Assembly: GCA_964187785.1 (NCBI GenBank)
Contig: OZ076409.1
Span: 930,001-994,000 of the forward strand
Reading direction: 5' to 3'
Source of the DNA: Amphiscolops sp. MND2022
Taxonomy: Eukaryota
DNA length: 64,000 nt
Under the pieces are notes generated by a model. That model worked only from the letters and a program-made list of their open reading frames with translations. It ran no database searches and was not told where the DNA came from. Both the position numbers and the translations under genes were made by a program. Of this stretch, positions 37,301-50,515 are shown in pieces (the first letter of the stretch is position 1; every line of letters begins with the position of its first letter).

Positions 37301-37960
37301 GCACATTCAATATGCTTCCTCGTAGACCACTGAGAGAGGCGGGAGTCTCAATATAGGAAGATCCCGTCTCCCTAATGGTGGCAGCGACCTTGATTTCGAC
37401 AGCTAAAAGTGATGCAACAACCCAGCCACAACCGGCAGTACAGTAAAAGTTCCATTGAGAAATCAATTGGTCCACGAAATGATTGTAATCGTCTTCAAAA
37501 TCTTCATGCCCGAATTGTTCCATTTTGGTGTGAAAATAAACGACCACTTTTTCGCCCTCCCGAGGCTTACAGAGTTGCACATGAAATGTTTGACCGATGC
37601 GAGAGCTTCCGTCATCCGGCAGCTTTGCGTTTATGGAAGTAACATAATGTTTGGCGTTGGATATCCAATAGTGAAAAGGTTCCACGTCGTTCTTTTCAAG
37701 ATCCAAATGTTACACTGTAAAGGAAGACTTTTTTGCAGTTTTGAGGGCAGAAGCTGAAACACTTTCACTAAAGTTCAATCGCTTCGTAACTTGACTATTT
37801 GATTGCATGGAATGGAAAGTGCGCAAATGTTCATTGACGGGAACTTGAGCTCCAAAAATGGTTGAACAACAAATGCATTTAAAAATGCCAGAAAGGTTAT
37901 TTTTTCATTTTTCAAATGGCGATGTACATTGCTCGTTGAAACAAATTCGGTCTCACAGTG
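34340..37960 (-). pseudogene. Protein-primed family B DNA polymerase (pPolB), fragmented, with N-terminal C2H2 fingers
   Basis: VVYADL (ExoI), FFDVASLYAGTM, GYFVDVDLEYP, NYVCHYHNLK, FYKLMSNA*FG, RYTDTDSLLY (~34790-34820), VSLRSKMYS...KGVQK. C2H2 remnants at ~37780-37970. Confidence 0.93.
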
Positions 37961-39298
37961 ACCACATCGAAATTTTAGTTAGGACAAGGTTGGTTCTTTT
38001 CCATGCTTTTTTTCGAATATGCTAATAGAGTGACTTTTTAGAAGCAAAAAGTCTCTGGCAGTCGTCAGAGCGATGCATCTTTTTCAGAACAATCAAATCT
38101 TCACGCTTTGATTTTTTCACTTGCACCAAAAAAGAAAACCATTTTTCAAGTTTTAGGTTATCGGAAAAAGCGCGGAGGAGTTTGTTGATTCTCGAAATTA
38201 CTTTCAGATTGTTTTTGAATTGTTTAAAGTTTGTCAGAAAACATTCGGCGTTGGCCTTTCAAATCTGCTTTGTTTCTGTCAACGATGGTTTAATTCGATA
38301 ATTGAATAACAGAGTTAAAATTCCATGATTGATTCTAGGAATTCTATCTTAGATTTTTGGGTTCCATGATTGAGTCTAAAAATTCTCTTAGAATTCTGGG
38401 ATCCTTTATTGAGTTAGGTAAAGACCTTTTCAGGGTACCCGCGCTGACAGCCCAGGGCAACCCACAGGTGGCCACCGCACTTCCCATCGCAGCCCCCCAG
38501 TTAGGAAAAATCCAAACGTTTTCCGAGTCTAAAGTGGCCGGAGAAACCATGCTTGAAAAAATCTTTCTAAAAAAGGCCTTTTAGAGATCTTTCGGAGACA
38601 TACTTAATTGTACGTTCCAGTCTGCATTTGCTACTAGTATGGGAAAATACGCTCTCAAATCAAAATTTAAGTCGACTCGCTCGGAAGAGTTTTTTGTTAT
38701 GTAGTCTTGGCACTAGAAGATTTTCTCAGAAACTGTTTTGTATAACTTCGATGTTGTCGTCAAGCATTTTGGTAAAGTGGCCAGTGGTTACTGGACTCAA
38801 ATTCAAACTCACTGAAGTGCTGAATGTGAATGAATAACCGTGGGTCAAATACCCGTTAGTCGAGAAAAAGATTACATACATCTACCATTACAAAACATAG
38901 TACAAAAATTGCACGATACCGCTCCTTTTTTGGTCATTTTTTTGGATTAATCCTGGAATTTTGGATCAAAATAGCCGGTACAATTCGTTTTAGAACGATT
39001 TAATGCGAAATGCAGGCAGCGCCATAAGATTTATGAATAATTTCTGTAGTTTTTCTAGGTTCTGTTACGTTTCTATAAATTTAACCACTGTATTGTTTCA
39101 ATTTCTTCTCTTTTGACGGATTTTGGGTTCCTGGCAAACTGTATAATGAAAGAAGCCTTTGGGACTAAAATTGTAAATTCAGCCTGCGATGGAAGGAGAC
39201 GAAAAAGAAAGTAAAAATTTGAGTTGTTGTGTAACGTCAAGCAAAAGGGGCATTATCTAGATGCTTCAGTTGCCGAGGCAAGAAATTTTGGTCCTACA

Positions 39299-40391
39299 GT
39301 AATCTAATCATTAGTTTTTACCAACAAATATGGTCTCCTAGGGAGACTTTTCAAATTTCGAGGAGGTTGCTTAATTTAGAGCTTCAGGGCGACGTGCCGC
39401 CACACTCCAAGTCCGGACAAGTCGCCCAAACACATAAAAACGAATTCTGAGTGTTCCAACATTTTTCCGTGGTCTGAAATTGGCAATTAGGCGTAATATG
39501 ATCAATTGGTCTTAATAAGCAAAAAAGTAAAGATCTTCAACATCCGACGTTTACAAACACTTGAAAAGCAATATTAAGACTCGCGATCCTGCCAGTAAAC
39601 ATACCAAATCAAGACCTCGGTGAGACCCTGATCGGTGGATTAATTTATACCTTGTATAAAATAATCCGTTGTTAACGATTCTCCGGACGAAAGCGGCGGG
39701 ATGTAATCTCATCATTTTCGGGTTCTACGGGTTGTATTCAATGGTATTGTAGTGATACGGCTCTGTACATGTTTATCTGGGTGTACGCGATGGTGCGACT
39801 TGTGTGTTCAATGTTTTTCGTCTCCGGTACTAACTGTGGGGGGTACCTGCCAATTTGCAAGGTCACGTTACAAAACTCTTTTCTGGCCGATCGATTTTGA
39901 ATGAATTTTTGGTCAGCAGGCTAGTGGACCTTACACTGCTTCAATATTATTTGAACGAAATTGATAAAGCTAACAGATTTTATCATGGTAACTATCGATA
40001 CTTGATAGCCAAAGATTATTGGATCTTCAAATATATGAAACAATATCCAAAAAGATACCCGTGCTGACATGACAACCCATGGTAACCCACCACTGGCCAT
40101 CGGTGGACCACCGGTGACCACCGGTTGAGGCAGTTTTGAATAATCAGTCACTATTTCCACCGGTGGTCACCAAAGGATTTTTTTTCAAAAACATGAATTG
40201 TGAATTATGGAAAATTATTGTAAATTATTATTTCATTACGGAATCTGAAGGTTATTCAAATTTTCAAAAAATTACTCCTGTAATGTAATCATTAGTTTTT
40301 ACCAACAAATATGGTCTCCAGAGAGACGTTTCAAATTTCGAGGAGGTTGCTTAATTTAGAGCTTCAGGGCGACGTGCCGCCACACTCCAAG
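39299..40391 (+). repeat. Pair of ~112-bp direct repeats (39299-39411 and 40280-40391)
   Basis: taatcattagtttttaccaacaaatatggtctcc...gacgtgccgccacactccaag occurs twice with few mismatches. Confidence 0.9.
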
Positions 40392-40486
40392 CCAACACTC
40401 TTGTTTTCGTTGCATTCGTTCCTGAATAAGGTGGGTGTTTCGTCTCTAATTAGGTGGAATGTTTGTGAGTGGCGTCTACGTTTCAG

Positions 40487-40581
40487 GTGGCGCTACATAT
40501 CCAAGGTGTACCTGCTCGCCTACTGGCTGGGAGTGAGCAATGCCGCGTGGAACCCCCTCATCTACTCTTACTACTACGTAC
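40487..40581 (+). CDS. Next exon of the same GPCR, TM7
   Basis: Acceptor gtttcAG, donor GTGAGT. Starts in phase 2 (AG+G = Arg) and reads WRYISKVYLLAYWLGVSNAAWNPLIYSYYYV, with the NPxxY motif. Phase matches the 2381-2481 exon. Confidence 0.85.
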
Positions 40582-40681
40582 GTGAGTATGGTGAAATGAA
40601 AAAACTATCAAAAAATTGGTGTTTGCTAACTATAAAAACAAAATAGACGCTTATTGCATTGTTATATGTTCGCTTGAAATA

Positions 40682-41350
40682 CAGTAGTGTGAACAAAAAC
40701 CGACCCTTTAAGCGATGAGCGTCGTTATCAACCAATTAGAATTGTTTATTTGCTCTCACTTTCAATTCTCATTGGCGCATCAAGTGGCAATTCAGGCGGA
40801 GATAGAACCTTTCAGACCTTTCCTAGTTTTGAGCAGGTTTTTGAATTGTTTTTCGGAAAATTTTAGATTCAGTGAATTCTGCAGATTGTCTAGAATCAAG
40901 TGGTATGGCTTTTGTGACATTCTAAGATGATATAATGAACGCAGTTTTTCAACGCGAAAATTTAACCTAATTTTTCATGTTGATACTAAATTGAAGAAAT
41001 TTCACTTTTCGAGCCTGATATTTCAAAATCGGCTGATCAATTTTGAAATCGGAATTTATCTATGGCTTCAGTAGATTTGGGGAACTTAATCGAGTATAAA
41101 ACATACCAAAACAGCTGTATGTAAAACACAGAAATTGGAAGAACGCTATAGTAAAACCAAGTTCCAATTTGGCTCAAACTTAACTATATGTAACTTTCAC
41201 AACTTTCATCTAAGAAGTTTGGAAAATACTAATGTAAACTAGATAAAATTCTAAGAAGCTTTTATTCTTTGATGTTATTCAAAATTTTCAACCATTTTCG
41301 AGAGAATCGAGCGTAAAAACGCCCGGGAATGATTTTGTATTCACACTACC
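40682..41350. mobile_element. MITE, diverged relative of 52571-53244
   Basis: Starts cagtagtgtgaa. Shares internal sequence (gtcgttatcaaccaattagaa...aatgtaaactagat) with the 52571 copy. Confidence 0.7.
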
Positions 41351-43478
41351 ACATTTAGTTTCCAGTGTAGAGTATGGTATCCTTCGATTTAGGACGATTA
41401 CCGTGACAGTAGTTTTCTATCGTTTTTCTCCAGACCACAGCTTACACTTGAAAATCCACTTTTTAGATTTTTTAGGAATGAGGAATAGAGTGTACAAATA
41501 AAAGGGTCCCCTAAAGTATGCACATAAGTACTTCAACTGAAAACTATAGAAACAACGAGTCTTGGGTGCTTTTTCGGCACTGTGCGAGTTTCTTTTCAAT
41601 TTTTAAAAATATATGGCCAAAAAGTACTTGATTTTTCTGATGTCTTTGGTTTCGAAACACCTTTTTAATTAATTTTTTTTGAATAAATGAGAATTTCCTT
41701 GAAAACAACTTTTCAACCTCTGAACGATCTTTTGAGCTTCACCCGGACGCTGAATTGGCACGTTTTCGTTTTGTTGAAACTTCTTGTCATCAGCTCATTG
41801 GTTGACACCTTTTTTGCCTTTTTGGACCGACTGTTCGTATTAGATGCTCGTCATGTCGTTCTGACTGATTGAATTTAGGCATCAATCAGCAGCAGATGAT
41901 TGCTTTCAATTTGTGAGTTAATTCACAAAAGATAAAATTTCCAACCATCTAGATTATCAAAAGACTGGAAGACCAACAAAAAGGGTTTGTGATTGATTTT
42001 TCATGATTTGTCAAACGAGTGATAATAGCTAGTCAATGTACTCAAGGGACAATGCACAGAACTCAAACTAAGCCATAACATTAGAGAACATGATTTATAC
42101 GTCAAACTGAGTAAGTTTTGCAAACGGGATTGACTGTCGTTAATTTTATCTAACAGTGTTTTAGTGATTGCCCTGGTTGATACTGATTGAACTTTTTTTG
42201 AAAGTGGATGGACGCTGCGTTGTAATGCTACAAAATGTTTTCAGGCAGTCTCCCGGAATTTGCAATGTTTCGTCAAAAGACGTTACCCTTGTCTACATAA
42301 AAGCCGCATGAAAACTTCCCATCAAATTCAACTAGGATTATGTATTTTTACATATTATTTACTAAATATGGTTGTGTTTATTTCCCGAATCGAAGTCTCA
42401 ATGAGACCATTCTTGGTGTCGTTCGTTTTTAGTCGGGGCGCTTTTCTTTGGAAAAGAGCGTCTATAGTTGTGGTATTTCGTCAGTTTTTTTTTCATTTTT
42501 GCCAAGTCAGACAGTCACTTGGACTAGTGGTTAGCGCGGTCTAAGAAGCAGGGGTATGTTGGCTCGAGTCTCGCTCTGAGCCAAAAACAGTGATTTGCAA
42601 AAGCAAGGGGAGACCAAAGGGCTCCAGCTTTAGATTTTTTTCGTCACTCTGAGACTTTTTCACAGATATTTTCAAACCTAAACTCGATTTTCAGCAGAAA
42701 CAAGTGTTCTGTGAGCAAAGATGGCCACATTTACTTTTTTCGGCACTATGCGATTTTCCGAGTGACTTCGGCACTCTTTCGACCCTCGACGGTACTTTCG
42801 TCCACAATTGAGAACGCTAGTATAGTTGAAGTCTGTATTCTTTCATTTATGTTACGTAATACTACCGGCAATCGGAAGCAAGTAAAATATTCATATAGAA
42901 TTACGAAGCATTTCAAAGTTGACAAAACAATTGGAAAACGAAATCTTCAAGGCTGATGACAAAAACCTATAAACTTTCACAGAGTCGTGTCAAATGAACG
43001 AAGAAACGTTCGCACTGAGGTTTAATTAGATTTTCATTAATATTGCATATCATAAGAATTGAGTTACGTAATTCATTCAAAATTGCAAAATTGATTGCAA
43101 GTTTTTCTACTGAACGCAATTGTTAGCGAAAAATGACTTCAATTAAGGACATTTCAGGGCTCTTTTCTGTTTTCCCCCCATCACTAAAATTTTTTTTGAA
43201 AAATAAGTGAAACTCTTTTAACAAAAAGACTTGAATACAAACCAGACAGCTTCAAATTAACTTTTGTTTTTAGTGTGACAGATTAGGCTTCGGATACAAA
43301 CGTTCCTCACGTTTTTTCAATATGTAGTCACGCATTTTTGATGAAGAGCCCATTTCAGACTTTAAACCATAAAATGACTGCCCAATTTATCAACTACTAA
43401 AAACTATAATTTCAGATATGTTTTCTTGTTCCGTCACAAAAATTGAAGTTAACTTTTGTTACGATTAGAAATAACTTC

Positions 43479-45140
43479 ATGGCAAAATATTCTCGCTTAT
43501 AGTGATTGGGAAAACGATTTTGATCTAAATGACTTGGTCTTTGAGACACATAGGGGCAGTGTAGCAGGAAGTGATGACCCAAATTTTTCAACCAATGATA
43601 TCTTGGAAAACTGTCGCTATTTGTTTGATTTATCTACACCTAATGAAATTAAAAGTTACCATTCTGATTCTGGAGATGCAGAATCATTATCAGCTTATTC
43701 CTTAGAAAACAATGAAAAACGTTTTCCAGCAGAATTGTTCCCGAAATTGACTTGTATGAAGCTTCCATGGTCGATTTCAACTGCAAACCACTCTTAAAAG
43801 GGTTGCTGGATTACTTTCCTATTCAATTCATCAACAAAATTGCGCAGTATAAAGGTGAGAAAGCTGCTGGTAATGGAGCAGAAATTGTTATTAATATAAC
43901 ATTCAATGACTTATATTATACAAACTGCTTTCGCTGACATATAGTTTCGCCAACTAACTTGGTGATCTTGGAGGTCAAACATTCATGGAAAACAAGCTTT
44001 TTTTCAAAATCAGAGCCAAATTGAAATGCGTTCGAAACGTGGACGTAAACATGCTCTCTAAACAAAATGATCCGTTTTGGACCGGTTTTGGACTCATTCA
44101 AGCGTGTCAAGTTGGAAACACCTCGAAACCCGGAGACTTTTTGCATAGATGAACAGATCGTTCCTTTGACTGGTGGAATGCCATACAAAGTTGTTATCAA
44201 ATCTAAACCTTATCCTGTTGGGTTCAAACTTTTCTGTCTCGTCGATCTTCCGGGAACCATTCTGAGCTTCATTCACTACATAGGTGCAAGAAGTTGACGG
44301 GGCGTGACTACCTTCTAAATAACAAGGGGAACAGTATCTGTGAGAATGCTGAAAGAGGATGCACGAGTTATCTGGACCGTTTTTTTCACTAGACCGGGAG
44401 TTCTCAAATTTCTACAGGAACATAACTTGAATGTGACAGGAACTGTCCGAACAACAGATTACCGAAAAGTGTGAGAGACAAAACTTTGCCAGAAAAAGCT
44501 GGAAGAGGCTCGTCGCGTCTGCTGATCAATCGAAGTCAGGATATAGCACTAACATGTTGCAAAAAATCAGTCGCGTTGTTCTTTTGCTGAGTTCCTGTCA
44601 CGCAATTTACAGGGAAACATCATGCAAAAGATGGACAAAAACGCAAAAAATAATGAAAACCTTCAGACAACCCGATTCCGTGGCGACATTCAATGCGAAG
44701 ATGGATAGTAGTGTGGATCTAATGGGTTGCATGTTTGCCCTTCATCCACATTTCGCATGCAGGACAAATAAGTGGACTTTTCGCGTAATTTTACATTGCT
44801 TCATGCTTGCCGCCATAAATACATGCTTTGAAGGAGTAAAACCCATGCGCTGATTCGATCACACTATACTTCTCACGGACGAGATATTATTTCACGCTAA
44901 AAAACTCGAAACGCGGTCTGGATCTTCAGTGGAGATATTCTAAGAATTCAACCCCCACCAGTGCCATCCGAATGCGTTTCCAACGGGCAACTTCTTGTTC
45001 ACTGCAGCAACAAGAATGCCAATTGATGTCGTTACATAAACCCTCAGAAAAAGTCGTGTGGTAGAAGTTTCATGCGGTGGATGTGCATGAAAAAATGTCT
45101 ATATCAAGTGACAAATCAAAGTTTCAGCAGTTGTGACATC
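43479..45140 (+). pseudogene. piggyBac transposase remnant
   Basis: FCIDEQIVPLTGG...KSKPYPVGFKLFCL, DRFFT, NVTGTVR, PDSVATFNAKM...VDLM, NKWTFRVILH. Many stops and frameshifts. Confidence 0.85.
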
Positions 45141-48100
45141 TGACAAGGCTACGGCTCTCTGCGTCTTTTTTCCGAACCTTTCATTTGGTCAAAGGCTACC
45201 CTTCGCTTTCATAGCTTATTTCTGCTTGAGAATAATTGACAAAAAATAATTTCCAAATATGGATTTTTTGTCTTTCCAGTGGTGGAAAAAGTGGTTTCCA
45301 AGTCTTATGCGTATCCCTTGTGGGTCTTTTTCGTCACTGATAAATTGGTAAAAGTTTGAAATAGTGTCCTTTGCATATTTAAGAAACTTGAGCGTGGCGC
45401 CGACTTGGGCCGGTCCCGGTTTGTTTATAAATGAAAAAGAAAACTGTTTTCAATGGCGTTCGTTTATGTTCACCTTTTCAACAATTTGTAAAACATTCCC
45501 ACAATTTTTTGAATGCGTGAAGCTAAAAATAGCAAGACATAAAAAACTCTGAGTGTTCGGCGTGATTCAAGGTAACAATATACTTCGATCCTTCAATCAG
45601 TGATTTCCTTCAAAGATGTATCCCATTCTATTTTTGAATAAATTGAACATTAGTTGACCTTTGGGAAAGGCGATCTGATAAAAATACGGTCAAAAAGAAA
45701 CATGTTTAATAATTTTCAACTGACCAAGACCGGCAATTCTGATCTCAAGCAACTATTTCATCACATTTTATCGATTTTCTCGACTAAGCAAGCAAGCCAC
45801 AAAATCAATGCTTTTCCCTAACTAAGACTTTGGTCGGAAACAGAGAATGAAATCAATTCCATGCAAGGCTTAAGATGTTCGTCTGGCCACAACCAAAAGT
45901 GGAATCAATCATAATTTATTCATTTGTAGGCGGTTGGATGATCCTTCGTATCAAAACTGCTGAAAGAAAATTACTTTGAATGAAGAAAGCTTTTTACTTC
46001 TTTGATGAGCTGCTGTTTGGAACAGATTTTGATAAATTTTCTTTTCAATATTTTCCATGCCTCTGTGTCCCCTTGAACCTCCAATCATTCAACGTGTGAC
46101 CTTGGAAAAGGCCAGTTTATATGTACATTGAAATTATCGAAGCATCACCGAAATACTGGATAATTTCCACTTTTCATTTTTAGCCAGAATTTCACCATTT
46201 TTTGGACGTCAAGTTTCATGAAGCTTTGCTATTGAGGATTCAAATGACACATTACATGCATTGGTAAAGTCTATTTCCAGTGGACTTTTTGGGTTCTGCA
46301 AACCTCCCGATTGGCTACTACACTCACTTTGTTTCACGACAGGGCAAATGCGGGATAAGATTTTCGGCCAAAGTCGTACGATATATTCTTTAGCAAAAAG
46401 TGAACTACTTAAGGGGGTGGGAAAAAAGTGTTCGAATTATTGAACAAGAGACCGGTGTCTTACTAAACCGTGGGAAAAGTTTTTACCCAAAAGTGGTAAC
46501 CTGGTGAACTTTTTTATCAACCACTTTTAACAATGTGCGCAAACTGGAAATGCGAAGACCAACTTTGGAGTTTTTGGATGTTTCTCCAACTTCCAAATTT
46601 TTGTAGACTGGTCTTGCAGTAAACCATCCAATTGGGATTTTGAGCCTATAAATAAATCCTATAATCCACCCATATCCATGAGTCCTCGAAACACTTTCTT
46701 GCTTGGAAACGTATGGACCTTTATGGTCTTCTTCCTTCATCGCTTCTAAAGAGAGTAATTATGATAACATAGCCGAAAATAAAGTTATAGTGTGAAGCTG
46801 ACATATGTTTTCTGGTATTTTTGGGCTAGTTCAAAAAGCACCAAATACCAATGCACTCACTTTCAGTTCGCATGGCTCATTTTCAACCTCTTCATCATTT
46901 ACATAAAATCCAGGGATTACTATTGTCATCGGAGCTGCCTTCTCAATGTACGTTCACTCAGACGAAAAATATTCAGACGTTTTTTGGTGTTTTGCTCGTT
47001 TTTGGTCTATTGTGCAATTTGCATTTTTGGGTAACTGAAGCCTCAAAGAAAGAGAATCTGAATTACTTTAGAAAGCGACATCAATCTACCGGTCTCACTT
47101 GACTACTAAATATTAAGTTGACGAAACCTACGTAGCTGCATTATAACGCTTGCGTTCCAACATTTTTGCTTGCATAACATTTTTTGCTTCATTAAAAAAC
47201 TAGCTGGAAATCCAAGTTACACAAAATGCATGGATTTAGGGCTTTGCCAAATGTTTTGTTTTCGTGATCACTAGAGCAAATTTTCTAATTCAACTTATAA
47301 CTCATGATTTTGCTTGATCTACGTCGAAAACTTCAACTTTTCTTCAACCTACAACCAAAACATGAAAATGTCAATCTGATCATGTGCCCAATATATCTCA
47401 ACTCAGTGACGGGACTAACAAACTACTTTTGGCCTTTTGAACCGATACAAACAATGATGCCACTAATCAACGGGAAAATCTTCTCTTGCATTTTTCACTT
47501 TGTTCCACTGGACAATCTCAGCATCCGACTTGTTGCAAATATCATATAAAACGGAGGGGACACCTCGGAGAAATTAAAAAGTTTTTCGAAAGAAATTTCA
47601 CAGTGCCCAAAAAATAAAAAGGGGCTCCTAAATCTCGTCCGGTTTTGAATGTTACGTTAAAAAAGAAAAGAATAAAAAGGGGACCCTTTGCAAAAGCGGA
47701 TGCGTTTCCGAAGTATTAGTTTAGCTGAACAAGTTGAACAAAAATTTCGCGAATGTCCTTATAAAAAAGAAGACGGGAACGGACCGAGTCGGCGCCTCGT
47801 TCAAAGTTCTAAACGAGCAAAATACATGACAGGCTACCCTTGCGACTCAAAAATAGCTCTTTCTGAATTGAAAACGTTAAAAAACGTATATGTTGGAAAA
47901 ACTTCAATTTGTTTTCTTTCAAACAGAGTCGCAGAGTGCCGAAAAAAAGATGGAGGTCTTTTGCTCAACTATTGAGAAGACTCTCGTCAGTCCCACAGGA
48001 CTCAACCAAAAGCCTCTCAAAAAACCAAAAATTGGGAAAGAACATTTTTCGAAACTTGGAAAATTTTCAGAGAAAATGTCTTCGGTAAGTCGCATAGTGC

Positions 48101-49409
48101 CGGAAAAACCCTCTAAGTCCTCTATGCTCGCAAAACGTTTCGTTTCTAGTAAAAATCGAGGGAGAAATATGACGTGCATTTTCCAAATTTGGAAGGAAAC
48201 GAAACATCGGAACAGACAAGATTCGAACCCCCGTCTCCTTCCTGGTAAACGCAAATCACTTCGGATATAACGTCGAATTTCAGGTATAGCGCAATGTTTT
48301 TGACCCTCCAGCTTCTTCTTAGTAAACCGCAATATACTTCGGATATAAGGACAAATTTTATGATATAGCGAGTCTAGAAAGATTATATAGGAAAGCGTAG
48401 AAACTTAGTATAGCCTAATTATAAGTATAGACTAATTTTATCTGCCTCTTAAGAAATAGCCACTGGTATTGTCGGTTCTTCTCTTCCAAAGGCGCCGACT
48501 AAAAATCAACCAGATACAGATATACAGTCAGAGGAATTTTGTTCTTGCGGTATGCATAGTCAAATTCAACTCATATGATGAGGTTGCCAAGCGAAAGATA
48601 TTCATTTTTATTCGGCGCTCTGTCAAACAAATCGCGACTACTATTATCACTTTTTGTCGTGTTTTTTTTCAATCCAGTCGAAGTGACAATTTCGTGCTGA
48701 ACGCCAATTTTTACGAAATTCGTGTAAATTGGCAAATTGTTCGTCGGGGCCCTCTCCTTCAAATCTTGAATAACTTGAACTTTTTTTAATGAACAAAAGA
48801 TGTTGAGCGAGTTGTTTTCGGTGCTGTGACATTTTTTTGTGCATTTAAAAAAATTTTTTACACGTGTCCCTTTTTCAGAGTAAGATAAAGCGTTTTTGAG
48901 GCTAAACACCTTAGAGTTTTTCAGCACGGTGCGACTTTGATTTTTTTTGTTTTTCACCTTTTTTACCCATTTTGTTGTTTTACGTTGAAAAACCCTGTCA
49001 TAACCAAAGGGTCCATTCTGTAGATTTTTCGGAATTGTGCGACTTTTTGGAAAACTTTTCTTTTCAGAAACGTGTTCTCGCTTTGGTTTTGTCCTATGTT
49101 TCAGGTGGGGAAAGAAGTCGGAAAACTTTGGTCTTTTGATGAAAGCAAAAAAGCTCTTTCAAGTCGAAATATTTCCTCTTTGGGTTTTATTGGGTGAAGG
49201 GAAATTGAGACTTCAATCAAAAGAGAGTCCTTGACGCTTTGAAGTCTTTTGCTGTATTCGAGCCCTAAGTGGGGCACTGGCATATGCAGTTCCCGGCTGG
49301 TCTTTTCACCCCGTTTTGCAAAATGCTTTTTTTCTGCGCAGTGGGTAATAACGAACTACCCGACATTCGCCGCAACACGTTAATACCCGGATCCAAATTA
49401 ATAAGTCTT

Positions 49410-49620
49410 CCATGCGATTCCATGCATGGAACCATATGGTTTCATACAATAATTTCATGCCGTTTCCATGCATGGAATCGCATGGAATAATATGGTTCCA
49501 TGCATGGAATCGCATGGAATCATATGGTTCCATGCATGGAATCGCATGGAATCATATGGCTCTATGCATAGGATCGTATGGAATCATATGGTTCCATGCA
49601 TGGAATCGTATGGAATTATA
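49410..49620. repeat. Tandem minisatellite, ~32-bp unit (ccatgcatggaatcgcatggaatcatatggtt)
   Basis: About 6 imperfect copies with a palindromic ttccatgcatggaa core. Confidence 0.9.
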
Positions 49621-50086
49621 TAATTGTAGGCATGAAATCGGATTGAATCATGTGGAAAATGAAGGAAACCACAGTAATGACATCCGAAAATATCGAAAAC
49701 ATTAAAATAATATCTAAAACAACAGGAAGAACCCCTAGAATAAGATCTAAAATTACTGAAAAAACCACTGGAACAAGGTCTAAGAAAAAACGGAAATCAC
49801 ATCCGAAAATGTCGGACTCGGTTCCAAACTGCAAGCATAGTTTGCAGAAGCTGAAATACGAAGTCCTTATATTGAAATTTTGGAGGCACTCCGCAAGTGA
49901 GACTTGAAAGATCTCACATGACAGGACCCACGACGAGAACGTGGCCTCCGTTGGGCTCCAAAGCTGAGAACAAAACCAAATATAGGGTTTCGTTCGGGCT
50001 AGGCCATCAAGTTTATGAACAACTGCAAGATCATTCGCGGGGTCAGAATGATCTTGAATCTGTTTTTACACCCGGTAGGAAAATAT

Positions 50087-50515
50087 GGTGTCAGGACATT
50101 TCATCCTATGCAATTTCAATCGCTGCCATTTCAACCGCTCACAATTTCAACCTATTGCATTTTCAACCTTCCGCAATTTCGACCTTAACTAATTTTGGTT
50201 AATTGATCCTAATTAGTTATAATTTCTTTAGATGCTTTTCATTTTCATACATTTTTAAATTCAAAGTGCTATTTTTACGCCAGTTTTGATACGTTTTGGC
50301 TTCTTCATAAATATTTACCAAAAATTAAAGCTGTTCAATTCATTACCAACTATTGTAATAATAACTCAATCGAATTTGGAGTAATTATCCAAAATTGGTA
50401 TAGGTCGAAATTTCGGAAGGTTGAAAATGCAATAGATTGAAATTGTCAACGGTTGAAATGGCGACGGTTGAAATTGCATAGGCTGAAATCGCATAGGACG
50501 AAATGTCATGTAACC
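50087..50515. mobile_element. Mutator-type MITE
   Basis: ~100-bp TIRs with ~15-bp atttcaacc subrepeats; exact 9-bp TSD GGAAAATAT at 50078-50086 and 50516-50524. Confidence 0.85.

Larger units (their letters stand above)
25208..38425. mobile_element. Degenerate Polinton/Maverick (adintovirus-like) element, ~13 kb
   Basis: Left end AGTAGTAGT. 25228-25330 is inverted relative to ~38315-38420 (ttagactcaatcatgga subrepeats). Carries ATPase, integrase, two capsids, protease and pPolB. Right boundary uncertain. Confidence 0.92.

Noticed and set aside
40311..40646. 111-aa ORF as a stand-alone gene
   Set aside because: Only 40487-40581 is GPCR-like and splice-bounded. The rest is intron and repeat read-through.
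42515..42585. tRNA gene (also ~53330, ~56611, and minus-strand pieces at ~48220 and ~61060)
   Set aside because: Only A-box or B-box-like fragments; no full cloverleaf can be drawn. Likely SINE-derived.
49269..49705. Repetitive ORFs (FHAWNRME...)
   Set aside because: Translations of the 32-bp minisatellite.
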